From Candidatus Saccharimonadales bacterium (GTDB taxonomy: Bacteria > Patescibacteriota > Saccharimonadia > Saccharimonadales > SZUA-47), in assembly GCA_041737385.1 (NCBI GenBank), contig JBGSRU010000002.1:141437-205436 (forward strand): a DNA stretch of 64,000 nt, in the 5' to 3' direction. Shown in pieces: positions 54,923 through 64,000 of this stretch (positions within the stretch are counted from its first letter, which is position 1; each line of letters begins with the position of its first letter). The position numbers were made by a program, and so were the translations under genes. Below the pieces are notes generated by a model that did no database searches, was not told the DNA's origin, and was given only the letters and a program-made list of their open reading frames with translations.

Positions 54923-55302
54923 TGGCACGAACTATTATCGGAACAGTCGTCTCAGATACGGCCGACAAGACAATTGTCCTTGTGTCGCACGAGAGAAAGA
55001 CGCATCCAATTTATAAGAAACAATATAGCCGAACAGTTAAATACATCTCACATGATGAAAAAAACGAAGCTAGACTTGGTGATAAAGTAGAGGTTAAAGA
55101 AGTACGACCTATCTCTGCTCGAAAACGATTAACTCTTGTTCGAATTATTGAACGAGCTGCAATTGCTGCAGGGCAAACAGTCGAAGCGATTACGGCTAAA
55201 GATGAAGGTAGTGAAAATACTATCCAAGAGAAGAAAGATGCGCAAGCTGCAATCAAGAAAGCAGAAGAAGCTAAAGCATCACCTGCAAAGGAGACGAAGT
55301 AA
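54922..55302 (+). CDS. rpsQ: 30S ribosomal protein S17 with a Lys/Ala/Glu-rich C-terminal tail
   Basis: G.VVSD...KTIVV.V.....HP.YKK core. Confidence 0.93.
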   Translation: MARTIIGTVVSDTADKTIVLVSHERKTHPIYKKQYSRTVKYISHDEKNEARLGDKVEVKEVRPISARKRLTLVRIIERAAIAAGQTVEAITAKDEGSENTIQEKKDAQAAIKKAEEAKASPAKETK

Positions 55303-55670
55303 TGGTTCAAGCAGAATCTCGACTGAACGTCTGTGACAATAGTGGTGCAAAAGAAATTTTGTGTATCAAAGTACTCGGCGGATCAAAACGTCGTTACGCA
55401 CGAGTTGGCGACATAATCACTGCCAGTGTAAAACAAGCAGCACCGAACGGTACAGTTAAAAAGAAAGCAGTTGTTCAAGCCGTCGTAGTTAGAACAACTA
55501 ACATCATCCGCCGCAAAGATGGATCTACAATTAAATTTGATGATAATGCGGCCGTTATTATCGGTGAAGATAAGCTTCCTCGAGCAACTCGTATTTTTGG
55601 GCCTGTTCCACGCGAACTTAGAGACCAAGGTTACGCAAAAATAGTGTCACTTGCGCCGGAGGTACTATAA
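55302..55670 (+). CDS. rplN: 50S ribosomal protein L14
   Basis: [18 protein letters not shown] start. Confidence 0.96.
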   Translation: MVQAESRLNVCDNSGAKEILCIKVLGGSKRRYARVGDIITASVKQAAPNGTVKKKAVVQAVVVRTTNIIRRKDGSTIKFDDNAAVIIGEDKLPRATRIFGPVPRELRDQGYAKIVSLAPEVL

Positions 55671-55672
55671 CT

Positions 55673-56002
55673 ATGAAAGAAATATTTAAAATCAGGCTCA
55701 AAAAAGGTGATAATGTCGTCGTTCTAGCTGGTAAGTACAAAGGACAAACTGGTAAAATTACTGCAACTCATCCGTCAATTAACAAAGTAACGGTTGAAAA
55801 CATCAACATTGTCAAAAGGCACATGAAACCTACAGAAAAAAACAGAGTTGGCGGAATAATTGAAAAAACGAAACCACTTCCAGTAAGCAATGTTGCAATA
55901 GTTGAACCGTCAAGCAAGAAGCCGAGTAAAATCGGCTATACATTTGATAAAGAAGGTAATAAAGTACGCGTTTATAAGCGTTCAGGAAAGGAGATCAAGT
56001 AA
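55673..56002 (+). CDS. rplX: 50S ribosomal protein L24
   Basis: KOW motif KKGDNVVVLAGKYKGQTGKI. Confidence 0.94.
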   Translation: MKEIFKIRLKKGDNVVVLAGKYKGQTGKITATHPSINKVTVENINIVKRHMKPTEKNRVGGIIEKTKPLPVSNVAIVEPSSKKPSKIGYTFDKEGNKVRVYKRSGKEIK

Positions 56003-56622
56003 TGGCTACAGAAACTAAAACTGCTGCACCTAAAAAAGCAGCTGCCGCTAAGAAACAGTCTACTCCTGCGACGACTTCTCGACTTAAAAAGCAGTACAAC
56101 GAAACATTTAGGACTGAGCTTGTTAAAGAGCTAAATTTGAAAAGTGTTTCTGAGTCTCCTAAAATCACCAAGATCGTGGTGAACATAGGTCTTGGTAAAG
56201 CTAAGGACGAGAAGAAATTGATGGAAATTGCAAATAACACGATTGCAAAAATTACTGGTCAAAAACCAATAGAGCGTGAAGCGAAACTATCAATTGCAAC
56301 TTTTAAACTTCGTGAAGGTAACAAAATTGGTACCATGGTCACCCTTCGTGGCGACCGAATGTATGAATTCATGGATAGAGTGATCAACATCGTTCTTCCA
56401 CGACTTCGAGATTTTCACGGAGTTTCAAACAAATCATTTGATGGCCAAGGTAACTATAGTATTGGATTTAAAGACCAAAGCGTTTTTCCTGAGCTTTCAT
56501 TTGAAGAAACAGCGACTCCTCACGGATTACAAATTAACTTTGTTATTGAAGCCAAAGAAAAAGAACATGCTAAAAGCTTACTTACGAAGTTTGGCATGCC
56601 ATTCATGAAAGAAGGTAAATAA
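56002..56622 (+). CDS. rplE: 50S ribosomal protein L5 with an Ala/Lys-rich N-terminal extension
   Basis: L5 core ([27 protein letters not shown]). Confidence 0.95.
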   Translation: MATETKTAAPKKAAAAKKQSTPATTSRLKKQYNETFRTELVKELNLKSVSESPKITKIVVNIGLGKAKDEKKLMEIANNTIAKITGQKPIEREAKLSIATFKLREGNKIGTMVTLRGDRMYEFMDRVINIVLPRLRDFHGVSNKSFDGQGNYSIGFKDQSVFPELSFEETATPHGLQINFVIEAKEKEHAKSLLTKFGMPFMKEGK

Positions 56623-56624
56623 CT

Positions 56625-56894
56625 ATGGCAAGAAAATCAAATATAGCACGCGACCTGAAACGAAAGAAAATGATTAAGAAATACGCTGCAAAACGAGCAG
56701 AGCTCAAAGAAGCTGGTGACATGGAAGGCTTGCATTTGCTTCCTAAGAACAGTAGCCCAACCCGACTCACAAATCGTTGTGAAGAAACTGGCCGACCACG
56801 TGCATATATGCGTCGTTTTGGTCTAAGCCGACTTTCATTCCGAGAGCATGCGAGCAAGGGTGAGATTCCTGGTGTAACGAAAGCGAGTTGGTAG
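56625..56894 (+). CDS. rpsN: 30S ribosomal protein S14, long non-zinc (C-minus) form
   Basis: 89 aa with the [17 protein letters not shown].. FRE motif, a single Cys and no CxxC pairs. Confidence 0.93.
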   Translation: MARKSNIARDLKRKKMIKKYAAKRAELKEAGDMEGLHLLPKNSSPTRLTNRCEETGRPRAYMRRFGLSRLSFREHASKGEIPGVTKASW

Positions 56895-56901
56895 AACAAT
56901 T

Positions 56902-57297
56902 ATGGTATCAACAGATCCAATAGCAGATATGCTAACTAGAATCAGAAACGCAATCGCCGTACGAAAAGACGAAGTTCGTATGCCACACAGCAATGTTAAG
57001 AAATCAGTTGCAGACATTCTTGCGCTAAACAAGTATGTTGTGGGCACCTCAATCGAGGGCGAAGGCATCGATAAGTCACTTGTTATTCAGATAAGTGATG
57101 CAAAAGGAACTTCACCTATTACCGAGCTATCACGAATAAGTAAACCGGGAAGAAGAGTCTATGTGAAAGTCAAAGATATTCCGACAGTTAAGCAAGGACG
57201 AGGACTAGTCATCGTTTCTACTTCTAAGGGCATCATGACCGGCAACGAAGCCAAAGAGCAAAAGCTCGGCGGTGAGATAATTTGTAGAGTCTATTAA
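56902..57297 (+). CDS. rpsH: 30S ribosomal protein S8
   Basis: DPIADMLTRIRNA start. Confidence 0.96.
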   Translation: MVSTDPIADMLTRIRNAIAVRKDEVRMPHSNVKKSVADILALNKYVVGTSIEGEGIDKSLVIQISDAKGTSPITELSRISKPGRRVYVKVKDIPTVKQGRGLVIVSTSKGIMTGNEAKEQKLGGEIICRVY

Positions 57298-57321
57298 AGA
57301 AAGAAAATAGGAATATAACAT

Positions 57322-57858
57322 ATGAGTCGAATAGGAAAACAGCCAATCTCGATACCGAGTGGTGTGACAATCACTGTTGACGACGCTTTTATCGCCGTAA
57401 AAGGCCCTAAAGGTGAGCTCCAACAGTTTACAATGCCTGGTATCAACGTAAAAGTTGAGGAAAACCAAGTACTCGTTACTCGAGACAGTGACGAAAGAGT
57501 ACATCGATCTAAGCACGGCCTAATGCGTACATTAGTCGCAAACATGGTGAGTGGTGTGACACAAGAGTTTGAGAAAAAACTTGAAGTCACTGGTGTTGGT
57601 TTTAGAGTAAATCTATCAGGAAATACGTTAAAGATGAATCTTGGATTCTCTCACGAAGTTGTATATACAATCCCAGAAGGTATTAATGTTAAAGTTGAAC
57701 AACTCACCATAACAATCAGTGGTATTAGTAAGCAACTTGTTGGACAAGTCGCAGCTGAAATCAGAGCGTTTAAGAAACCTGAACCGTATAAGGGTAAAGG
57801 AATCGCATATGCAGGTGAGCGAATTCTTCGTAAATCAGGAAAGTCAGGTAAGGAGTAA
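57322..57858 (+). CDS. rplF: 50S ribosomal protein L6
   Basis: MSRIGKQPISIP start and PEPYKGKGI motif. Confidence 0.96.
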   Translation: MSRIGKQPISIPSGVTITVDDAFIAVKGPKGELQQFTMPGINVKVEENQVLVTRDSDERVHRSKHGLMRTLVANMVSGVTQEFEKKLEVTGVGFRVNLSGNTLKMNLGFSHEVVYTIPEGINVKVEQLTITISGISKQLVGQVAAEIRAFKKPEPYKGKGIAYAGERILRKSGKSGKE

Positions 57859-57861
57859 ACT

Positions 57862-58215
57862 ATGAGCGATAAAGCTAGAAAAGTAGCCAATAAACTATCA
57901 CGTGCAACGAGAACACGCTCTACCCTACATGGAACTGAGCTACGACCAAGACTGAGCGTAACGGTCAGTAATATGCACATAAGCGCGCAACTAATAAATG
58001 ACGACTTAGGCACGACACTTGCAGCTGCTACAACAGTTGGCACAAAAGCTACTGGAACAATGACTGAAAAAGCTATGATAGTCGGAGAGAAAATTGCAAA
58101 GTATGCAAATGATAAGAAAATAACTGCAGTTGTATTTGACCGAGGTGCAAAACAGTATCATGGTAGAGTGAAAGCATTAGCTGACGCTGCAAGAAAGAAC
58201 GGACTGGAGTTTTAA
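57862..58215 (+). CDS. rplR: 50S ribosomal protein L18
   Basis: RPRLSV..SN.HI.AQLI.D core and FDRG...YHGRVKALA. Confidence 0.94.
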   Translation: MSDKARKVANKLSRATRTRSTLHGTELRPRLSVTVSNMHISAQLINDDLGTTLAAATTVGTKATGTMTEKAMIVGEKIAKYANDKKITAVVFDRGAKQYHGRVKALADAARKNGLEF

Positions 58216-58216
58216 T

Positions 58217-58777
58217 ATGGCGCGAGAACCTAGAATGCCCCGAGAGAGAGAAGAAAAACAGTTTGACGAGCGAGTTGTTGCTGTTGATCGAGTAGCACGC
58301 GTTGTAAAAGGCGGACGACGATTTAGATTTAGAGCACTCGTAGTTATTGGTGATGGAAAAGGCAAAATTGGTATGGGCATAGCGAAAGGTGCAGATGTCA
58401 CCGCAGCTGTATCAAAAGCTACAGACATCGCTAAGAAAAGCCTCACAACAATAGCGATTTATAAAGGGACTATCCCACACGAACAACAATCACGTGTTGG
58501 TGGTGCAAGAATTTTACTAAAACCGGCTGCTCCTGGTACCGGTTTGATTGCAGGCGGTGTTGTGCGTGTTGTTTTAGAAGTTGCTGGTATCAGTAACGTG
58601 CTAAGTAAATCACTTGGTTCAAGCAACAAAATCAACATTGCTTACGCAACTATTGAAGCATTGAAAGCTATTGAGCCAAAATCTAAGTGGCATACGTCAA
58701 AAAACGACTCAGCAACTGACAAAGTCAAAGCAGCTGATAAAAAAACTGCAAAAGTGACAAAAGAAGAGGCTAAGTAA
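58217..58777 (+). CDS. rpsE: 30S ribosomal protein S5 with a Lys-rich C-terminal tail
   Basis: [26 protein letters not shown] core. Confidence 0.95.
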   Translation: MAREPRMPREREEKQFDERVVAVDRVARVVKGGRRFRFRALVVIGDGKGKIGMGIAKGADVTAAVSKATDIAKKSLTTIAIYKGTIPHEQQSRVGGARILLKPAAPGTGLIAGGVVRVVLEVAGISNVLSKSLGSSNKINIAYATIEALKAIEPKSKWHTSKNDSATDKVKAADKKTAKVTKEEAK

Positions 58778-58778
58778 T

Positions 58779-59249
58779 ATGAAATATAATGAATTATCTG
58801 TTAAAGCAGACAAGCAATCACGGCGTGTCGGTCGTGGTATAAGTGCCGGCCAAGGTAAAACAGCCGGTCGAGGAACTAAAGGTCAAAAATCACGCGCTGG
58901 TAGCAGCCGTAAGCCTGGTTTTGAAGGTGGACAGAACCCGCTAATCTCTCGTATTCCAAAATTGCGAGGCTTTACTCAGTTTAGAGAACAGCCAGTGACT
59001 ATTACGACTTCTCGACTTAACAATTTCTCGGGTACAGTTGATAACTACACTTTGTTTGAAGCGCGAATACTAAAGCGACCTGACCAGCGTGCGCGAGTTG
59101 TTTTACGCGGCGAAGTTACTGCTAAAGTAAATGTACGTCTCCAGAACGCTAGTGAGAAAGCAATTGCTGCTATCACAAAAGCTGGTGGAAGTTTCGAAAA
59201 AACTGAGCGTCCTAAAGCAACAAAAGCTGAAAAATCAGAAGATAAATAA
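58779..59249 (+). CDS. rplO: 50S ribosomal protein L15, directly after rpsE with no rpmD
   Basis: [24 protein letters not shown] motif. Confidence 0.94.
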   Translation: MKYNELSVKADKQSRRVGRGISAGQGKTAGRGTKGQKSRAGSSRKPGFEGGQNPLISRIPKLRGFTQFREQPVTITTSRLNNFSGTVDNYTLFEARILKRPDQRARVVLRGEVTAKVNVRLQNASEKAIAAITKAGGSFEKTERPKATKAEKSEDK

Positions 59250-59328
59250 TTCTTACAATCAATATCGTTGGTAGCACTAGCTTCAGCTGATATACTTGTA
59301 CGTAAAGCAAAAGGGAATTCAAAGAAAA

Positions 59329-60822
59329 ATGAACTGGAAAGTAATTTGGCGTTCTACCAAGCATGGTGATATGCGCAAGCGACTACTTGCTGTATTTGGT
59401 ATGATTGTCGTATTCAGAGTACTCGCTCAGATTCCTATTCCACTTGCTGACCCTACGACACTTCGTGAACTACTCGACACACTTTTCACTGCTACGCAGG
59501 ACACACAGCTATTTGGCCTACTTGATGTGTTGAGTGGTGGAGCGCTCGCTAATTTCTCCATCATGTTGATTGGTCTTGGCCCATACATCAACGCTAGCAT
59601 TATTATGCAGCTGTTGACACAGGCGATACCAAAACTAGAAACTCTCAACAAAGAAGGCGAATACGGCCGTAAAAAGATTAACCAGATCACCCGTTTATTG
59701 ACACTTCCTCTAGCAATCATTCAGTCAATTGGTGCGATTGTTCTTGTGCGACAACAGGCTCAACAGATATCGGGTATAGATATTACTGCGAATGCCTCTA
59801 TTGCGAGTTGGGTACTGATGGTTGCCGCGCTTACAGGTGGTGCAATGCTCCTTATGTGGCTCGGTGAGCTTATAACAGAGCAGAGTGTTGGAAATGGAAT
59901 AAGCCTCCTTATAACAGCTGGTATAGTATCACAGCTTCCTTCTACGATTGCTTCTATCACGACAAGTGTGTTCTCAGGAACTGAATCATTTACGATACTA
60001 GGAAAAACAATTAACTACCGTGGTGAGTCACTTATTATTGCGCTCATACTACTTGCAGCTGTTGTGCTCACTACTTGGGCGGTTGTAAAGCTCAACGAAG
60101 CATCACGTAATATAACAATTAACTATGCGAAGCGGGTTCAAGGCAATAGAGCTTATGGAGGCGTTACAACTAAATTACCCGTGAAGCTGATCACGGCTGG
60201 TGTTATCCCTATTATCTTTGCGGTTGCATTCTTGAGTGTTCCAAGTTTTGTTGGGCAGATTTTAGCAAATAATTCGAGTGCCGGATTATCTGAACTTGGT
60301 AATAACTTACTACTATGGTTCCAAACACCAACATCTCAAACATTTGCTCAGGCTGGTTGGACCCCGTACATATATCCGATTACTTACTTTGTACTCATTG
60401 TACTGTTTACATATTTCTACACCAGCATTACATTCAACGCCAAGGAAATATCCGAGAACCTTCAAAAACAAGGTGGTTTTATAGAAGGTATACGAAGTGG
60501 ACACGATACAGAGAAATACTTGCGTACAGTTGTTAACCGTCTCACTTTCTTTGGAAGCTTTAGTTTAGGCTTCATTGCACTCGGCCCTATTATTGCACAG
60601 ATATTTTTGAATACTGATATTACAGTGGGTGGAACAGGTGTTTTGATTCTTGTCGCAGTTGCACTAGAAACGCTTCGCCAAGTGGAGTCACGTGCCTTAA
60701 TGGTTACTTATGATGATTATTCAGCACCAGACTACTTCGAAGGCCAGGATAATTCCAAGAAAGCTTCTAAGAAACGAAGTCTGAAGAAATTTGTAAGCAA
60801 AGTTCGCAAATCAAAAAAGTAA
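59329..60822 (+). CDS. secY: Preprotein translocase subunit SecY
   Basis: Ten TM segments and the GLGPYINASIIMQLL and WLGELITE motifs. ATG 59329 is preferred over the TTG at 59296. Confidence 0.94.
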   Translation: MNWKVIWRSTKHGDMRKRLLAVFGMIVVFRVLAQIPIPLADPTTLRELLDTLFTATQDTQLFGLLDVLSGGALANFSIMLIGLGPYINASIIMQLLTQAIPKLETLNKEGEYGRKKINQITRLLTLPLAIIQSIGAIVLVRQQAQQISGIDITANASIASWVLMVAALTGGAMLLMWLGELITEQSVGNGISLLITAGIVSQLPSTIASITTSVFSGTESFTILGKTINYRGESLIIALILLAAVVLTTWAVVKLNEASRNITINYAKRVQGNRAYGGVTTKLPVKLITAGVIPIIFAVAFLSVPSFVGQILANNSSAGLSELGNNLLLWFQTPTSQTFAQAGWTPYIYPITYFVLIVLFTYFYTSITFNAKEISENLQKQGGFIEGIRSGHDTEKYLRTVVNRLTFFGSFSLGFIALGPIIAQIFLNTDITVGGTGVLILVAVALETLRQVESRALMVTYDDYSAPDYFEGQDNSKKASKKRSLKKFVSKVRKSKK

Positions 60823-60880
60823 TAACAAAGTTTGAATAACGGAGACAAGTCTGGTATAATCAGATCTTGAATATAATTTT

Positions 60881-61099
60881 ATGGCAGCAAACAAGGAAGT
60901 AATTGAACTAACAGGGGTGATTGTAGAGACTCTACCAGGCACTCAGTTCAAGGTTGAACTTGAAAATGGTCATCAGATTATAGCCCATGTTGCAGGTAGA
61001 ATGCGAAAACATTATATTCGTATCGTACCAGGTGACAGCGTGACGGTTGAGTTGACCCCTTATGATCTTACTAAGGGCAGAATCACCTATCGCAAGTAG
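60881..61099 (+). CDS. infA: Translation initiation factor IF-1
   Basis: S1-like fold sequence G.V.E.LP...F.V.LENGH...AH..G.MRK..IRI..GD.V.VE..PYDL..GRI.YR. Confidence 0.95.
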   Translation: MAANKEVIELTGVIVETLPGTQFKVELENGHQIIAHVAGRMRKHYIRIVPGDSVTVELTPYDLTKGRITYRK

Positions 61100-61198
61100 T
61101 TATAACAATTAAGCAGTGTGTCGTACTCGTTATAAAAGACATTTACGATCCGCATGAGTTTCATAAACTCAACCCAGCAGAGGAGGAAATCTAAAGGG

Positions 61199-61315
61199 AT
61201 GAAAGTGCGTGCAAGTGTAAAGAAGATCAGTCCGGATGATAAAATTGTCCGTCGAAAAGGTCGACTTTACGTAATCAACAAGTTTAAGCCAAAGCATAAG
61301 CAGAGGCAGGGATAA
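61199..61315 (+). CDS. rpmJ: 50S ribosomal protein L36, non-zinc (C-minus) form, 38 aa
   Basis: Absent from the ORF track. The sequence is [38 protein letters not shown], preceded by a GAGGAGG SD. The canonical CxxC...C ligands are replaced by S, D and N. Confidence 0.9.
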   Translation: MKVRASVKKISPDDKIVRRKGRLYVINKFKPKHKQRQG

Positions 61316-61318
61316 ATT

Positions 61319-61705
61319 ATGGCCAGAATATCAGGTATTACTATCCCAAATGAAAAGCAAATTAAGTTCTCACTATGCTATGTATATGGTATTGGACCGA
61401 AAACAAGTTCAGATATCTTAGATCGTGCAAAAGTGGAGCCAACTGTTCGAACAAAAGATCTTACTGATGCTGAAATATCACGTATACAGGACGTGATCAA
61501 TGAGCGTTTAATAGTTGAAGGTGAACTACACAGAGTAGTTACCGCAAACATTAAGAGACTAAAAGAAATTAAGTCTTATAGAGGTGATCGTCACAGTCGC
61601 AGTCTGCCAAGTCGTGGTCAGCGAACAAAAACGAATGCTCGTACAAGACGTGGTAGAAAAGTAACTGTTGGAGGTACAGCTAAAAAAGCTGTATCTAAGA
61701 CGTAG
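61319..61705 (+). CDS. rpsM: 30S ribosomal protein S13
   Basis: MARISGITIP start and YRG.RH...LP.RGQRT.TNART. Confidence 0.96.
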   Translation: MARISGITIPNEKQIKFSLCYVYGIGPKTSSDILDRAKVEPTVRTKDLTDAEISRIQDVINERLIVEGELHRVVTANIKRLKEIKSYRGDRHSRSLPSRGQRTKTNARTRRGRKVTVGGTAKKAVSKT

Positions 61706-61721
61706 GGTTTAGGAGAAACAT

Positions 61722-62135
61722 ATGTCAGAAGAAACTACTGTCGCTCCGAAGCCTAAAGCAACGAAGCGCAAAAAGAACAAACGAACGGTTGCTTACGGTC
61801 AATTACATATTCAAGCGACGTTCAACAATACAATAGTGTCCTTCACTGATCAAGCTGGTGGAGTACTCACACAAGCGAGTGCTGGTGGATGTGGATTTAG
61901 AGGATCTAAAAAAGGCACTGCCTACGCAGCGCAAATTGCATCTGAAAAAGCTGCAACTGCAGCGAAACAACAACATGGTATGACAAAAGTAGACGTGTTC
62001 GTTAAGGGTATTGGTCAAGGTCGTGATATGGCCGTCCGTGCACTTGTTAACACTGATATTTCAGTCGAGAGTATCACTGATGTGACTGGAATAGCTCACG
62101 GTGGTGTTCGACCGAGAAAGGCTAGAAGGAATTAA
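61722..62135 (+). CDS. rpsK: 30S ribosomal protein S11
   Basis: HIQATFNNTIVSFTD..G core and D.T.I.HGG.RP.K.RR. Confidence 0.96.
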   Translation: MSEETTVAPKPKATKRKKNKRTVAYGQLHIQATFNNTIVSFTDQAGGVLTQASAGGCGFRGSKKGTAYAAQIASEKAATAAKQQHGMTKVDVFVKGIGQGRDMAVRALVNTDISVESITDVTGIAHGGVRPRKARRN

Positions 62136-62137
62136 TC

Positions 62138-62755
62138 ATGGCTAGAGATACACAATCAATAGTAAAAATGAGTCGCCGAGAGGGCTACGCGCTACACCCG
62201 AAGGCTCATAAAGCACTCGTCAAACGATCAACACCTCCGGGCCAAGCTGCTGGTGGTAGATATCGTCAGAAATCTTCACAGTATTCACTACAATTACGTG
62301 AAAAACAGAAAGTAAAGCGATTATATGGACTTCTAGAACGACAGTTTTCGAACTTGATGAAAGAAGCATCTCGAAGTAAAGGTCAATCAGGGCAAATTTT
62401 GCTACGATTACTCGAACAACGTGCTGATAATGTTGTTTACCGCTCTGGACTAGCTCCAAGCAGGCGAGCATCAAGACAGCTTGTAACACACGGTCATTTT
62501 ATGCTCAATGGTAAACGATTTGACATTCCATCACTTCGCTTGAAGCCGGGTGACGAGCTAGTCGTGAGAGACCACAGTATTAAATCAGACTACTTTAAGA
62601 GAATTGATGAAACTAGCCCAGCCGGAGAAGCAACTGTTTCTTGGGTGAAAGTAGATCGCAAGAAACTAGCAGTATCTGTAACCGGCATTCCAGCCCGTGA
62701 AGAAGCTGAAGTAGACATTAACGAACAATTAATCGTCGAGTTTTACTCGAGATAA
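62138..62755 (+). CDS. rpsD: 30S ribosomal protein S4
   Basis: S4 domain (RADNVVYRSGLAPSRRASRQLVTHGHF.LNG). Confidence 0.95.
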   Translation: MARDTQSIVKMSRREGYALHPKAHKALVKRSTPPGQAAGGRYRQKSSQYSLQLREKQKVKRLYGLLERQFSNLMKEASRSKGQSGQILLRLLEQRADNVVYRSGLAPSRRASRQLVTHGHFMLNGKRFDIPSLRLKPGDELVVRDHSIKSDYFKRIDETSPAGEATVSWVKVDRKKLAVSVTGIPAREEAEVDINEQLIVEFYSR

Positions 62756-62774
62756 GCCATTAGGAAGGATAACA

Positions 62775-63719
62775 ATGTCAAAACACATTAATACACCAAC
62801 TATCACTAACGTGACGGAAGATGGTGATAACACGGCAACATTTGCTGTTGAACCTCTGCACAGTGGCTACGGTATGACACTAGGAAACAGCTTACGTCGA
62901 GTACTGCTATCAAGCATCTCTGGTGCTGCAATTACTTCATTTCGTATTGATGGAGCAACTCATGAATTTACTGCACTTGATGGAGTTAAAGAAGACGTTG
63001 TCGATATCATGCAACGACTCAAAGGTATTCGCTTCCAGGTATTTAGCGACGAGCCACAAACACTAGTTATCGAGAAAAAAGGTGCTGGTGATGTTACTGC
63101 TGCTGATATCAAAACAACAGCAGATGTTGAAGTAGTCAACAAAAAGCACCACATCGCAACACTTGATAACGCTAAGACTACATTCAAAGCTGAAATTATT
63201 GTCGAAAAAGGACGTGGATATCGAACAATCGAAGAAGCAAACGAAAAGAAGAGCAGCGATTTTATATCTTTAGACGCTATATTCAGCCCAGTGACGCGTG
63301 TTCGATATAACGTTGAAAACACACGTGTCGGTCAAATGACCAACCTAGATAAACTGAACATTACTGTTCAAACAGACGGTACCATCACTCCTGCAGACGC
63401 TTTTGAAGAAGCGAATGCAATTTTGATGAACCAGTACGAAGCTCTTGCAGGAAAAACTCGTGTTGAAGCACGACCAATGCTTGTAGAAGCACAACCTGAC
63501 GCCGGAGCTAATGCTGAAGAAGAAGAAAAAGATATGTTGACGACTTCTATCGAAGATCTTAATTTCTCAGCTCGAACAACAAATGCACTCATCAATAACG
63601 ACATTCATAATCTGAAGGATTTGTTTAGTCTTACTGATGCAGAACTTAAAGATTTGAAAGGTTTCGGTAGTAAAGCACTTGATGAAGTGCGTGAAAAGCT
63701 AGCCGAACTGGAGCTCTAA
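62775..63719 (+). CDS. rpoA: DNA-directed RNA polymerase alpha subunit
   Basis: N-terminal domain (GYGMTLGNSLRRVLLSSI.GAA) and C-terminal domain (LNFSARTTNALINNDIHNLKDL). Confidence 0.96.
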   Translation: MSKHINTPTITNVTEDGDNTATFAVEPLHSGYGMTLGNSLRRVLLSSISGAAITSFRIDGATHEFTALDGVKEDVVDIMQRLKGIRFQVFSDEPQTLVIEKKGAGDVTAADIKTTADVEVVNKKHHIATLDNAKTTFKAEIIVEKGRGYRTIEEANEKKSSDFISLDAIFSPVTRVRYNVENTRVGQMTNLDKLNITVQTDGTITPADAFEEANAILMNQYEALAGKTRVEARPMLVEAQPDAGANAEEEEKDMLTTSIEDLNFSARTTNALINNDIHNLKDLFSLTDAELKDLKGFGSKALDEVREKLAELEL

Positions 63720-63720
63720 T

Positions 63721-64000
63721 ATGCATAGACACGGATATAAAGGCCGAAAATTCGGTAGAGAAAGAGATGAAAGGCGAGCACTTATCAAAGGGCTTGCAAA
63801 CAGCTTCATACTGAACGAAGGAATGGAAACAACTCTTCCGAAGGCTAAAGAAGTTTTACCTTACATCGAAAGACTCATTACAAAAGCTAAAAAAGGTGAT
63901 TTACACAACCGACGACAAATTATCGCATCTCTTCAAACAATTGAAGCAGCGCATAAACTAGTCGATGATATTGCACCAAAACTAAAAGGACGTGTTAGTG
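63721..64000 (+). CDS. rplQ: 50S ribosomal protein L17 (3' end cut by the window edge)
   Basis: MHRHGYKGRKFGRERDERRAL start and the TTLPKAKE..P..E.LIT.AK motif. Confidence 0.92.
   Translation, partial: MHRHGYKGRKFGRERDERRALIKGLANSFILNEGMETTLPKAKEVLPYIERLITKAKKGDLHNRRQIIASLQTIEAAHKLVDDIAPKLKGRVS

Noticed and set aside
1-64000. An alternative genetic code (UGA recoding, as in some CPR lineages).
   Set aside because: Full-length conserved proteins terminate at TGA where expected, for example tyrS at 21513-21515. No conserved gene needs read-through of an in-frame TGA.
1-64000. A search for CRISPR arrays, rRNA genes, transposases, integrases and long inverted or direct repeats.
   Set aside because: None was seen on reading the sequence. 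The only repeats found are the short ones reported at 5780-5812, 26253-26361, 26163/26427 and 29119/29168.

Overview
The window is mostly core housekeeping DNA from a small-genome bacterium using the standard genetic code. UGA terminates full-length conserved proteins such as tyrS, so there is no sign of recoding. About 28 kb is one continuous plus-strand block: rpoB-rpoC, the str operon (rpsL-rpsG-fusA-tuf), and the S10/spc/alpha ribosomal operons through to rplQ. Upstream of that block are dnaE (3' part), a PilB-type ATPase, rplS, rnhB, pepN, nusA, clpC-radA-PIN/TRAM, a class A PBP, tyrS, recG, rsmD, one tRNA-Leu(UAG), hisS, tig and clpP. Several features fit a CPR/Patescibacteria (Saccharibacteria-like) organism, which is an inference from gene content. 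rpmD (L30) is absent between rpsE and rplO, adk and map are absent between secY and infA, and S14 and L36 are the non-zinc forms. Many ribosomal proteins also carry Lys/Ala/Glu-rich tails. The part most worth a second look is the 5.4 kb between tRNA-Leu and hisS (26.2-31.6 kb). It starts with a hairpin-rich non-coding stretch holding two paralogous 36-nt units with compensatory stem changes and a 15-nt copy of the tRNA 3' end. Four ORFs with no family I can recognise follow. The region ends in a tightly overlapping trio (unknown protein, S66 LD-carboxypeptidase/MccF-like, AstE/AspA-M14-like), preceded by a consensus promoter, a leaderless 11-codon mini-ORF and an intrinsic terminator. Other notable points are CIRCE (HrcA operator) elements in front of clpC (perfect) and clpP (one mismatch), and unannotatable ORFs plus an orphan promoter-terminator unit inside the normally compact rpsG-fusA-tuf-rpsJ-rplC stretch. 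Several TATAAT boxes also sit 7-9 nt from start codons, implying leaderless mRNAs. No rRNA, CRISPR array, transposase or integrase was seen. All functional calls come from reading motifs by eye; no database search was possible.
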